DNA of 64,000 nucleotides from contig CP084166.1 in NCBI GenBank assembly GCA_021513695.1, positions 1,376,001 through 1,440,000 on the forward strand, in the 5' to 3' direction. The stretch is from Candidatus Heimdallarchaeum aukensis (GTDB lineage: Archaea > Asgardarchaeota > Heimdallarchaeia > Heimdallarchaeales > Heimdallarchaeaceae). The number at the start of each line of letters is the position of its first letter. Position 1 is the first letter of the stretch. Below the pieces are notes generated by a model, which had not been told where the DNA came from, did not search any database, and saw nothing but the letters and a program-made list of their open reading frames with translations. Made by a program: the position numbers and the translations under genes. This document shows, piece after piece, positions 38,560 to 48,284 of this stretch.

Positions 38560-39579
38560 ATGAATAGGTTTGGGGTAATGAATAGTTTAGACTTTAAAGA
38601 CATTATAAATCCACTAGTCGCTGTACTTACTTACAATGCAGAAATTGGAAAATGTGAAATAAAAGTAGAGAACGTAAGAACAAACAGAGAATTGGAGGAA
38701 ATTGAGAAAAATTTTAATAGATTATCTTACGATTTTTTAGAATGGGTAAAACGATATAATGAAATTACTATCTTTAAAGGCTCTTTTAGAGCAACATACA
38801 TTAAATTTTACAACATGCTACTTCTCTTTGTTTCAAGGTTGGAAAATTCTGGATTTGAAATAAGACCTGTTATCAAAAAGTTCTTGGAAGAGTTTGCACG
38901 TAAGTTAGTCGATGATTATATCTCAAAAAACCTTTCAAGCTCAAGAATCAAATCTTTTTTAGAGATAGAAAAATTAGATAAAGAGATTCTAAAGTCTGAA
39001 ATTGTTAAGACTTTCACTAGAATGAAAATGGATCCTTCTGCTTTACTAGAAAAATTAAGTAAAGAAAAGAAGGAAGAAGGAGTTCAAGAAATTTATATAC
39101 AAGACCAGAAAAAAAGAAGAAAAGAGATTCTCTCAGAATATCAAAAAAGCGAACAATTTGAACTTGTACCAAGTGTAAACAACATACATATGACTGCAGA
39201 AATTATTGAATCTGCAAATAAAAAAGCAATAATTTCTTTATTATTTACAGTTATAAAAGGATGTAAATCACCATCTGCAGCAGCTTATATCTATCCAATG
39301 GAGGGAAGAACTATTGGAGAACTTTATGCGGGTGATTTAGAAGAACATAAAATTTTATACGTTCTTGAGGCGATTTCTGAACATCCAAAAGCAATAAATG
39401 AAATGCTTCAGTCAAAAGAAGATCTAAAAATGCTTGATGCAGGGATAGTACAAATAATTTTAGAAGATCTAACAGAAGGTAAAATCCTAATTGGAATAAC
39501 AACAAATAAGGATGATGTTTTCAATGTTGGATACAAGATTAAGATTGCTAAATTCATCATCAAGCAATTTGGATTCTAA
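38560..39579 (+). CDS. Paralogue 3: N-terminal domain of unknown function plus a conserved C-terminal Roadblock/LC7-like domain
   Basis: 339 aa. The C-terminus reads 'SAAAYIYPMEGRTIGELYAG...EHPKAINEMLQSKEDLKMLDAGIVQIILEDLTEGKILIGIT...GYKIKIA'. Confidence 0.45.
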   Translation: MNRFGVMNSLDFKDIINPLVAVLTYNAEIGKCEIKVENVRTNRELEEIEKNFNRLSYDFLEWVKRYNEITIFKGSFRATYIKFYNMLLLFVSRLENSGFEIRPVIKKFLEEFARKLVDDYISKNLSSSRIKSFLEIEKLDKEILKSEIVKTFTRMKMDPSALLEKLSKEKKEEGVQEIYIQDQKKRRKEILSEYQKSEQFELVPSVNNIHMTAEIIESANKKAIISLLFTVIKGCKSPSAAAYIYPMEGRTIGELYAGDLEEHKILYVLEAISEHPKAINEMLQSKEDLKMLDAGIVQIILEDLTEGKILIGITTNKDDVFNVGYKIKIAKFIIKQFGF

Positions 39580-39641
39580 AGAGTAGAGAAACAAAATAAC
39601 CTATAAGAACATTTTTAGATTTGTGCTCTTCTTAACAGACA

Positions 39642-40676
39642 ATGAAAGAAGGTAAACTACCAATTCCAAAACTTAACGAGATACTAGCGCTAAAAGGAGC
39701 AAAAAATGATGGCATAATCTCTGCGGGAATAATTGGTCATGATGTGGCAGTAATTGATATTCAGTCAGCAAAGCAAAATGCATTGAAGTTTTATGACAGT
39801 AAATCAGAGGTTTTGTTAGTAGAAAAATCAGATCCCATCACTTTTCCTACTCCAAACCCAGGATACTATTCTGTTATAGTAAATTCTAATGACATTGCTT
39901 GCTCAGGGGGAGTACCTTATGGTTTTTTGATCACAATTATTGCTCCTCCAGATACAACTTTTGATAAAATCAAAGCAATTCAAAAAGAAATCCACAGACA
40001 GTGTGAAAAATTTGATATTAGTATCCTTGGCGGACATACTGAAATATCGCAATCTGTAAACACAATAATTATTTCTGGACATATGATAGGCTTTGTCCCA
40101 AAAGAATTCCTTGTTCCAAATTACTTGTCACCTGGCGATAAGATTATTGCATTAGGTTATTCGGGTAAAGAAGGAACAAATATTTTGATTGAAGAAGCAG
40201 GAGAAGCAATATATGATAAATTTACGAAAAAAGAGATATATGAATGGAAAGAAAGAAATTCAGATATAAGTATTCTTAATATTGCCCTCGAGCTAAATAA
40301 AGAATTTAAGCCAAAACTGCTACATGACCCTACAGAAGGAGGAATTTTTGGCGCATTGTATGAAATTGTTGCTCTAACAAAATTAGGTATTATGTTAGAT
40401 AGACTTCCTCCTCTTTCAGATGTTACAAAAAAACTCTCTGAATGGCTGAATTTTAATCCGTATCGATTAATTTCTTCTGGAGGATTAATTATTGCAGCAG
40501 AAGAGGAAAAAGCATTAAAGATTGTAGAGTTCTTAAAAATGAAAAAATATCCTGTAGAAATGATAGGAACAGTAATAACAAGTGACAAAAAATTAATTTA
40601 CAAAGAAAAAGAAATTCACCCTCCCGAGGGTGATGATATTATTATAGCTCTCAATATTCTTAATAAAAGAAAGTGA
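39642..40676 (+). CDS. AIR-synthase-related (PurM-like) protein; ThiL/HypE-like ATP-binding fold
   Basis: 344 aa. An N-terminal PurM-N-like segment (GHDVAVIDI ... NSNDIACSGGVPYGFLITI) and a C-terminal PurM-C-like segment (HDPTEGGIFGALYE) are present. Confidence 0.55.
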   Translation: MKEGKLPIPKLNEILALKGAKNDGIISAGIIGHDVAVIDIQSAKQNALKFYDSKSEVLLVEKSDPITFPTPNPGYYSVIVNSNDIACSGGVPYGFLITIIAPPDTTFDKIKAIQKEIHRQCEKFDISILGGHTEISQSVNTIIISGHMIGFVPKEFLVPNYLSPGDKIIALGYSGKEGTNILIEEAGEAIYDKFTKKEIYEWKERNSDISILNIALELNKEFKPKLLHDPTEGGIFGALYEIVALTKLGIMLDRLPPLSDVTKKLSEWLNFNPYRLISSGGLIIAAEEEKALKIVEFLKMKKYPVEMIGTVITSDKKLIYKEKEIHPPEGDDIIIALNILNKRK

Positions 40677-40682
40677 TACAGA

Positions 40683-41357
40683 ATGGAGCAAAAAACAAGC
40701 TATAACTATGATTTTTGGGGAGCTGAAGCTGAATTAACAAAAATTAAATGGTTTGGTTTAGAAGCTATAAAAAAGGTGAGAATTTCCAAGAAATATAGAA
40801 TTTCTGAAATTGATGAAATGTTAAGAAAAAAAAGAACAATCACTGAGGCAAAGCTTCTAATTACTGCAAAAAAAGCTAAAGTCCAGACCCCATTCGTATA
40901 TGATGTTGATTCTAAAAAACGAACAATAATTATGGAATTTATTGATGGAACTAAAGTCAAAGATTTTCTGAAATCAGAAGAATTTGATAGTAAAGTCAAA
41001 AGGAAATTAATGGAAGAGATAGGAAAAAAAGTAGGTTTACTTCACGCTAATCATCTGATACATGGAGATTTAACTACTAGCAACATACTTCTCAGAAATA
41101 AAAAGTTAGTATTCATTGATTTTGGTCTCGGAAAGTTCTCAAATGAAATTGAGGATAAGGCAGTTGATGTTCTACTTATGAAAAAATGTCTAACTAGTAC
41201 TCACGCAGAGGATAACAAGGAATACTTCATTTCTTTTCAAAAAGGATATGTATCTAGTTACACCAAAGGTGATGAAATATTAAAACGTGCATTAAAAGTA
41301 GAAGCAAGAGGAAGACATCTAAAAGAAGAGGATGTAATTTCAGAGTATATTTTCTAA
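40683..41357 (+). CDS. bud32: Bud32/PRPK atypical kinase (KEOPS subunit)
   Basis: 224 aa. The catalytic loop is 'LIHGDLTTSNILL' and the DFG-equivalent is 'FIDFGLG'. The N-terminus binds Kae1. The length is typical of archaeal Bud32. Confidence 0.8.
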   Translation: MEQKTSYNYDFWGAEAELTKIKWFGLEAIKKVRISKKYRISEIDEMLRKKRTITEAKLLITAKKAKVQTPFVYDVDSKKRTIIMEFIDGTKVKDFLKSEEFDSKVKRKLMEEIGKKVGLLHANHLIHGDLTTSNILLRNKKLVFIDFGLGKFSNEIEDKAVDVLLMKKCLTSTHAEDNKEYFISFQKGYVSSYTKGDEILKRALKVEARGRHLKEEDVISEYIF

Positions 41358-41362
41358 ATCTA

Positions 41363-42670
41363 CTAACCCCTTTTTCTGATAATTGACAATGAATTTATTT
41401 TTTGTATAATTTTCCATGTTTCTTCTGCATACTTCTCCTGATGTGTCCAATTACCCTCTATTACTCCTTGCTTTGATAATTTTCCTAATTCTTTTCTTAT
41501 TTTTTTGGAAGTCTTACCAACTGGAGCATTAGCTAATTTTGAACCTGGTAAAGGCATAAAAACATGTGCTCTTATTTTTGATCCAATTTTACTAAGGGAT
41601 TTTATTACTTCAATTGATTGGAATTCATCTGCTTCAGTTGCATCTGGTAAACCAAAGATGAAGTCTACAATTGGGATAAAACCAGCATCACGGATATATT
41701 TTATTGCTCTTAAGCCTTCTTCTACTGAATGCCCTCTATGGTACATTCGTAAAATTTTATCACTTCCTGATTGTAATCCAATAGCTATTTTTTTATTTGA
41801 AACTATTTTCTTCAACTTAGTCATAATGCTTTGAGTAACAGTTTCTGGTCTAACTTCTCCAGGAAAAGTTCCAAAAAAGACTCTTTTTATTCCATCAGTA
41901 TTCTTTATTTTTGTTAGTAAATCTATTATTTCCTCTTCATTTGTCTCTTTTGGTTTCTGTGATAAGTATCCAAAGGAATTTGGAGTGATAAACCTTATAT
42001 CATCTAATTTATGTTTTGCCATCCATTGAACTGTCTCCAATATAACATCTGGTGACCTGTGGCGAGTTTTCTTGTTAAATATACTTGGAACTTGACAGAA
42101 TGCACAACCAAAAGAGCAACCTCTTGTAATTTCTAGTGGGGGAAACAACTTTCTTTGTCTTGATATCATAGGGTAATCGTCTAATTTTATTTGTGGAGGA
42201 GAAGGGTTAACAATTAGCTTTTCTTTATCTTCTGCTAGATAAGCTATGCCAGGTGTTGTTTCCAACTTGTCATTATTTAACCATTTTTCCAAAAAAAGAG
42301 AGAATGATAATTCTCCTTCTCCGATAAAAGCATAATCAAATCCAAGCCTTAAAGTGCTCAAGGGATCTCCAGTAGGATGACTTCCTCCAGCAACAAATAT
42401 AATTTTATTCAGATCTTGAGTTTTTAAATTAGAATACAGATCATCCATACTAGAATATATTTTTTCTAGTTGTGCTGTTCTAAAAGAGAAAGCAAATATC
42501 ACTTTATCATATCTTTCTAAATAAGATTGAATCTTCTTGCTGTCAACATCCGATTCAAGTAAAATGTCAAACCCATCTAGTTTTTCATTTTGATCGATTG
42601 AGGCAACTAATGGGGTAATGCTATAGAAATTCTTTTTTTCAAGACTGAAAATAAGAGCTGAATTATTCAA
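41363..42670 (-). CDS. Radical SAM protein with an N-terminal Rossmann/B12-binding-like domain
   Basis: 435 aa. It has 'ITRGCSFGCAFCQV' (CxxxCxxC) and an upstream 'IIFVAGGSHPTGDP' module. The apparent TTG start overlaps the kae1 stop (TTGA). Confidence 0.68.
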   Translation of the reverse strand: MNNSALIFSLEKKNFYSITPLVASIDQNEKLDGFDILLESDVDSKKIQSYLERYDKVIFAFSFRTAQLEKIYSSMDDLYSNLKTQDLNKIIFVAGGSHPTGDPLSTLRLGFDYAFIGEGELSFSLFLEKWLNNDKLETTPGIAYLAEDKEKLIVNPSPPQIKLDDYPMISRQRKLFPPLEITRGCSFGCAFCQVPSIFNKKTRHRSPDVILETVQWMAKHKLDDIRFITPNSFGYLSQKPKETNEEEIIDLLTKIKNTDGIKRVFFGTFPGEVRPETVTQSIMTKLKKIVSNKKIAIGLQSGSDKILRMYHRGHSVEEGLRAIKYIRDAGFIPIVDFIFGLPDATEADEFQSIEVIKSLSKIGSKIRAHVFMPLPGSKLANAPVGKTSKKIRKELGKLSKQGVIEGNWTHQEKYAEETWKIIQKINSLSIIRKRG

Positions 42671-43671
42671 TTTTCATTTCTCCAGTTAACGACTACATCT
42701 TCAACCCTATAATGTTGGTCAATAATTGTTTCTTTTAGAGGAGTAGAATATCCTTGGTTGTACATTATGAGTCCTAACCATGCTATCATTAATCCATTAT
42801 CAATCGCTAAACTCGGTTCTAATCCAAAGAATCTAGCACCATGTGATTCTGCCATAACTTTAAGCATTGCTTTCAATCGATTGTTTGAAGCAACGCCACC
42901 ACATACTAATACTTCATTCTTTTTAGTATGTGCTAAAGCTCTTTCAGTAACTTCAACTAGCATTGCAAAAACCGTTTCTTGCAAACTGTAAGAGAGATCC
43001 TCAAGAGTATATTCCTTTTTTTTGAGTAGCTTAGAAATGTGTGTGAGAATTCCAGAAAAAGACACATCCATTCCTTTTATAACATAAGGGATTGGAATAT
43101 ATTTTGTTCCATTTTCTGCTAATAGCTCGATTACACGACCCATTGGAGCTTTTTTATCGCTTAAACCCGCGTTTCTTCCAAAAACATCCAAACAATTTCC
43201 AACAGGAATATCAATAGTTTCTCCAAAAACGCGATATCTGCCTTCGCTAAAAGCAATTATTTGTGTGTTACCTCCTGATACATACAACACTACAGGATCA
43301 TCCATGTTTCCAACTAGTCGTCCTATCTCCACGTGAGCTATAGGATGATTTACGCCAACTAACGGTTTTTTGTATTTTAGCGCTAGTGTCCTTGCAGCAA
43401 CTGCACCAACCCTAAGGCAGGGACCCAACCCTGGACCCTTTGTAAAAGAGATAATATCTATATTGTCCATAGTAAGTTTAGATGTTTTAAGCGCTTCACT
43501 GATTACTTCTGGAATATTTTTGGCATGGAATTCAGAAGCTTCACGAGGGTGAATACCAGAACCTAAGGGGGGTTTGTAGGTTCTTCTAACATTTGCAAGT
43601 ATATTTCCGTTATTATCTATTATTCCTACACCTAATTTGTCAGCAGAACTTTCAATGCCAAGAGATAACAT
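42667..43671 (-). CDS. kae1: Kae1 / tRNA N6-threonylcarbamoyladenosine synthase (KEOPS catalytic subunit)
   Basis: 334 aa. It has 'MLSLGIESSADKLGVGII', the metal-binding 'HPIAHVE' (HxxxH) and 'VCGGVASN'. Confidence 0.9.
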   Translation of the reverse strand: MLSLGIESSADKLGVGIIDNNGNILANVRRTYKPPLGSGIHPREASEFHAKNIPEVISEALKTSKLTMDNIDIISFTKGPGLGPCLRVGAVAARTLALKYKKPLVGVNHPIAHVEIGRLVGNMDDPVVLYVSGGNTQIIAFSEGRYRVFGETIDIPVGNCLDVFGRNAGLSDKKAPMGRVIELLAENGTKYIPIPYVIKGMDVSFSGILTHISKLLKKKEYTLEDLSYSLQETVFAMLVEVTERALAHTKKNEVLVCGGVASNNRLKAMLKVMAESHGARFFGLEPSLAIDNGLMIAWLGLIMYNQGYSTPLKETIIDQHYRVEDVVVNWRNEN

Positions 43672-43759
43672 TATATTAGCTCACGACAACCACATAATCT
43701 TACACTTAAAAAGGTATTTCTGTAAAACTAGGTTAATCTTTTAATATAAGAAAAATATT

Positions 43760-44731
43760 TTGAATTTAATGAATAGATTCTTTTTGATCATTTACCCCTG
43801 GGACTCTATTGATAGGAAAAATGAGAAAAAGAAAAATTTGATTGGTACATTCCTCATGATGTCTTTTTCAGGAATATATTCATTAATACTCTTAAGTATA
43901 TTTTTGAAAAAGATTTTACCTATCATTTCTAAGTCCGAAAATGAACTTCTTGGTAAAAACAGCATAACAGTCAGATTCCTAAATTCTATTTTTTCCAATG
44001 GTTGGCTATTTGCAATTATTTTTGTTATCATAGTAGTTTTATATAGCATAACTTACTTTTTTAATCTCAAAATTGATCAAAATACTATCAAATTTCTTTT
44101 TACAAGAATAAAAGCTATTAAGGATTATTATAATTCTCTATTTCGTGTGTTCCTTATTATTTGTAAAGAGTTAATCGAGGTTATTTTTATTGCTTTATTA
44201 GAGTTTATTATTGCTGAAATAATAACCCTAGGATTAGTGTCAATTATCTCGACAATTTCAATCTCTTTAGCTCTTAATTCAAGTTTATCCATTTACGGTT
44301 TAGCTTTAGCCACAGGAATCTTTATTCATGTCCTAGCTTATCCTATTATGAATGCCTTGTATTTTCTTATTATTATAAAAGAGAAAAAAGAGAAAAAAGT
44401 TTTTAGACATTTAGACCACGAAAAAATAGATTTTGAACTAGAAAAATGGAGAGAGCACACATGGGGTAAGAAAGGTTATTCATATGATTGGAGAGAAGAA
44501 GAATATGCTCCCTTCATCTGTCCAAATTGTAATTCTGTTATTTCAAGTAATTTAGTTATTTGTCCAATTTGTGGAGAAAATGTAGTTGAATTGTTAGAAA
44601 AATTGATGGAAGATGAAGGTAATGAAAAACAAACAGAAAATGACCAAATTAGAACAGAAAGCAATGAAGATGAAAGGAAGATAAATGAAGAAAAGCCAGA
44701 AAATAATGAGAAGAAAACAGAAATTGATTGA
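43760..44731 (+). CDS. Membrane protein with a C-terminal zinc ribbon and an acidic tail
   Basis: 323 aa. Several TM helices are followed by 'CPNCNSVISSNLVICPICGEN' and a Glu-rich tail. Confidence 0.4.
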   Translation: MNLMNRFFLIIYPWDSIDRKNEKKKNLIGTFLMMSFSGIYSLILLSIFLKKILPIISKSENELLGKNSITVRFLNSIFSNGWLFAIIFVIIVVLYSITYFFNLKIDQNTIKFLFTRIKAIKDYYNSLFRVFLIICKELIEVIFIALLEFIIAEIITLGLVSIISTISISLALNSSLSIYGLALATGIFIHVLAYPIMNALYFLIIIKEKKEKKVFRHLDHEKIDFELEKWREHTWGKKGYSYDWREEEYAPFICPNCNSVISSNLVICPICGENVVELLEKLMEDEGNEKQTENDQIRTESNEDERKINEEKPENNEKKTEID

Positions 44732-44772
44732 AAAGTTGGAGAAGAGAAGTAGAAAAAAAGATTAATCTCAAA

Positions 44773-46017
44773 TTATATTGTTGTTGGAAACTTTGCATAA
44801 GACCTAAACTCTATCCAATCTTCTAAATGTCTATTGATTATATTTTCAATTTCATCCTGGTCTAGTTTTCTTGCAACTGATTCATCTGATGTTAATAGTG
44901 CCATAATATATCTTTCATTTTTGAACTCTAAATCTCGTAATATAAAAATCTCATTTGTTTTTTCTTCGTCGTCTAAAACATATCTTCTTATTCTTAAGAA
45001 AGGTTCTCTCATATTTGCTATCGTTTCTATTGCTTCATAGTATGCATTATGAGATAATTCTTCTAGCTTTTCATTTTTTGAGTACTGGGCAAAACAGATG
45101 TTACTTCTGAAATCATATAAACCAAAAAATTCTGCATTTAAAGTTTCAGCTACTTGTTTTGATGCATTTGCGATATAATCTTGAATCAAACTTATGTTTC
45201 TAAATATGTGCGAGAATGCACCCAATATAGAAGAGCGTATATGAACACTTGTTCTAAAGATTCCTCTTGCAGGATCAAAGGTGGGGACATTAGAATGTAA
45301 ATATTGGACCATTGAGCCAAAGATGGAATTAGCTTTCTCACTTAAAACAAAATCAGGATCAGATTTATGAAAGAATATGGTCCATGGAACATCTAATTTA
45401 AGTTTTTGAGTGACATTAACAATCTGTTTTAAATATTCAAAGCTTTCTTCATATCTATCTTCAGCTTGAACATCTACTACATAGATAATTGTGTCTGTTC
45501 CAATAAAGTACTGTTCAGGATTGTTTAGATAGTCATCTCTATATATTTTCTGTCCTCCTAATTCATGTAGATGAATATCAAGACCAAAAACCTCTAATTT
45601 TCCACGTAAAAGTCCTCTTGTTGGCGTTAGTGCATTCAACTTTTGAAAAAGTAATGAAAAAGCTCCTCTATGTTTCAAGGCTATAGAAAGTGAGGTTTTT
45701 CCTACATTATCAATTCCTGCTAAAATAATTTTAGCTCCAGAGGTTATTTTTTCAGTTTTTTCTACCAATAAAAGTTTGCTTGCAGCTATCCAACTATCTA
45801 TACGCTCTTTTGGAAAAAGTTTTGACAGATCACTATAGTGCTTATTCCACTCTTTTGCTAATTTTTCAATTGTTACCAAACCAAATTTTTCTAGTGATTT
45901 CACCTCACTTTCTCTAATATCTAAGAGAGCTATTACTGGCAAATCAGCTAAATTATCTTCTTTCCTATAATCCTCTTTCAATAGCTTTTCTTTTATATCT
46001 AACACTTTTTTCACCAA
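44773..46017 (-). CDS. Ras-superfamily small GTPase (Arf/Rag-Gtr-like G domain) with N- and C-terminal extensions. The C-terminal extension is possibly a roadblock-like CRD.
   Basis: 414 aa. G1 is 'ILAGIDNVGKTSL'. The switch I Thr lies in 'LTPTRG'. G3 is 'HELGGQ' (WDxGGQ-type). G4 is 'FFHKSD' (HKxD, as in the Rag/Gtr family). About 150 aa follow the G domain. Confidence 0.62.
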   Translation of the reverse strand: MVKKVLDIKEKLLKEDYRKEDNLADLPVIALLDIRESEVKSLEKFGLVTIEKLAKEWNKHYSDLSKLFPKERIDSWIAASKLLLVEKTEKITSGAKIILAGIDNVGKTSLSIALKHRGAFSLLFQKLNALTPTRGLLRGKLEVFGLDIHLHELGGQKIYRDDYLNNPEQYFIGTDTIIYVVDVQAEDRYEESFEYLKQIVNVTQKLKLDVPWTIFFHKSDPDFVLSEKANSIFGSMVQYLHSNVPTFDPARGIFRTSVHIRSSILGAFSHIFRNISLIQDYIANASKQVAETLNAEFFGLYDFRSNICFAQYSKNEKLEELSHNAYYEAIETIANMREPFLRIRRYVLDDEEKTNEIFILRDLEFKNERYIMALLTSDESVARKLDQDEIENIINRHLEDWIEFRSYAKFPTTI

Positions 46018-46193
46018 ATTCTGCGAAGTAATTACACGTAAGAGCGCTTGAAATATAGTTGTCTAACTATCAAAATAAGTATTTTGTTTCTATTACTAAG
46101 GAGATATAAAAAAATTAGATAAAAAATAAACTAAGGAAAATAAAAATTATAAAAAAAAAATAGAACTTACGACGGAAAAGTTAAAAAGATTTT

Positions 46194-48203
46194 ATGTTTT
46201 TTACGGATAAACAGCAACGAATGGAGAAAAGAAAATTGCGTGCACGTAGATTAAACAAAATACTGTTGATTACATTATTATTAATTACCACTTTTTCGGT
46301 AAGCGTATTAGGAAGAGCATATTTTTCTTCAGTTAGTGATTTTGGAAAGACAGACCTAAGTTATTCGAAAAATAATATCGTAGCTTTTGACACCAATGAA
46401 CCCATAATTGACGGGGATTTGGAATCTTATGAAGGAGAATGGGCTAATGCTACAGTTTATAGTAATATAATAGATGGGATAAATTATACTATTACCTTAA
46501 AAGCCAATGAGACTCATCTTTTCTTTGGTATAAGTTATGAGACTAATTTGTTTGTCTCACTCACAGAAACTAACGCAAGCATTCCTCACACTTGGTATGC
46601 AATTGTCTTTGACAGTAACTTTGACAAAGAATTTGGAACAGAACTTGTTCCTGAAGATACTATTTTGTTTAACTATCAAGAAAAAGATGCAACTGACGCT
46701 ACTTTGAATGGTACAGAAACTAATTCATTGGCTTTGGATGAAGATTTAGGAGGAGAAGATAACACAATAGGTGCTATTCAAACAGATCTTTTTGTTGAAG
46801 AATACACTGTAACAATAGAAATCGCTAAAGAATTAAACTCAGGAGATAAGGAAGGGAATGATATAGCCCTAAACCCAAGCGATGCTATTCTATTTGCTTT
46901 AATTCCATTTGCTAACCATACGGATGTATTCAATAATACCGAGGTTCCTTCATTAGAATGGAATACTTTAAGATTAGAACCCACACAAGAATTCTACACA
47001 TATATAGAAAATACCGAAGATCTGTCAGTAGTAACCTACGTTTCAGATTCAGTAAGAACAAAGAGAGTAGAGTTTAATTCAATAGGAAATATGTTAGAAG
47101 CCTATCAATTAAATTCTCAATTAGCAAATAAGGATAATTTTGAGATTACAACTGAAAATCTCAACGATGTTGATCTATTTATTATGGCAGGAAATCAAAA
47201 ATCCCTAACTTCTAGCCAAATATCTGTTTTACGTTCATATTTGACAAATGGAGGAAGTATACTCCTTATTGCAGATGAAGTGAAAAATGAAAGTTCAATT
47301 AATGAATTCTTACGAATGTTCAATATGGAACTATACAATTCAACACTCTACTCAAACAATACTGCCATCAATGAATCTCTAACTTTTGATCAAACAACAC
47401 TTGCACAACTACAATATTTACAAGAAGATAGTGCTTTTACAGAAACAGAATTCAGTAATATCTTTTACACAGGTACAGCAATAAAAAACATTTCTGCCTA
47501 TGGAGAAACCATTTTATTTGGACAAGATGCTGACTTATATCCGATCCTTTCAAAAGAAGGAGAATTCTTCATCAATTTAGGTGAAAAAACAGGATACAAT
47601 AGCACAGAAGATATTGCGATAAACAATGTGACTTTGCAAACTGCTTTAGAACTAAAATATGGAGGAAAAATGATTGTTTCTGCCTCAGCTGACATGTATA
47701 ATTCATCAAATCTTGTATTTGGTTCAAATAAGATGTTACTGTTGAAAGAGATACAATGGTTACTTAACTTCAGATTCAGAATAAGCTATGAAAACTTTAA
47801 CGTCCCTCAGACAAAAGTTAAAGAGGGAAATCCAATAGAAATGAACATTAGCGTTACAGGAGATAACGATACAGTTCTAGCAAATGTTAAAGTACAAGGA
47901 AGAGTGCTTGTTCTTAAATCAGTTGTTTCTTCTGTTGAACTTAATGCTTCAGAAAACAAAATCGATTTCTATGGACAAATTGTTCCTGAAACTAAAGCTT
48001 CATGGGTTGACATTGAGATACTGATGCACAAAAGAGGATATGGATATAACTACACTGAACTAGTAGAAGTTTTAATTGAAAAACAAATAGAAATTCCTAT
48101 AGCGGTAGATTACGTGTCTTTAATTGTTTTTATAGCTTCCATTGGATTAGCTATAATAGGAATGATAACTATAAGAAGACACAAAATTCAAAAAGAAGAA
48201 TAA
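46194..48203 (+). CDS. Surface or secreted protein with an N-terminal signal/anchor, an N-glycosylation-sequon-rich ectodomain and a C-terminal TM anchor
   Basis: 669 aa. The N-terminus is 'LLITLLLITTFSVSVLG'. More than 20 N-x-S/T sequons are present. The C-terminus is 'VSLIVFIASIGLAIIGMITIRRHK'. Confidence 0.45.
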   Translation: MFFTDKQQRMEKRKLRARRLNKILLITLLLITTFSVSVLGRAYFSSVSDFGKTDLSYSKNNIVAFDTNEPIIDGDLESYEGEWANATVYSNIIDGINYTITLKANETHLFFGISYETNLFVSLTETNASIPHTWYAIVFDSNFDKEFGTELVPEDTILFNYQEKDATDATLNGTETNSLALDEDLGGEDNTIGAIQTDLFVEEYTVTIEIAKELNSGDKEGNDIALNPSDAILFALIPFANHTDVFNNTEVPSLEWNTLRLEPTQEFYTYIENTEDLSVVTYVSDSVRTKRVEFNSIGNMLEAYQLNSQLANKDNFEITTENLNDVDLFIMAGNQKSLTSSQISVLRSYLTNGGSILLIADEVKNESSINEFLRMFNMELYNSTLYSNNTAINESLTFDQTTLAQLQYLQEDSAFTETEFSNIFYTGTAIKNISAYGETILFGQDADLYPILSKEGEFFINLGEKTGYNSTEDIAINNVTLQTALELKYGGKMIVSASADMYNSSNLVFGSNKMLLLKEIQWLLNFRFRISYENFNVPQTKVKEGNPIEMNISVTGDNDTVLANVKVQGRVLVLKSVVSSVELNASENKIDFYGQIVPETKASWVDIEILMHKRGYGYNYTELVEVLIEKQIEIPIAVDYVSLIVFIASIGLAIIGMITIRRHKIQKEE

Positions 48204-48284
48204 AAAACTTTTTTTTACTTTTTATTTTTTGATTTATTGTAGTAGTAGGTAAACTTTTTATTTTTATAAAGGATTAAAAAAATA

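Noticed and set aside
41505-41834. 109-aa plus-strand ORF inside the radical SAM gene. Others lie inside kae1 (42758..42991, 43370..43552).
   Set aside because: Kae1 and the radical-SAM frames carry unambiguous catalytic motifs. The overlapping ORFs have none.
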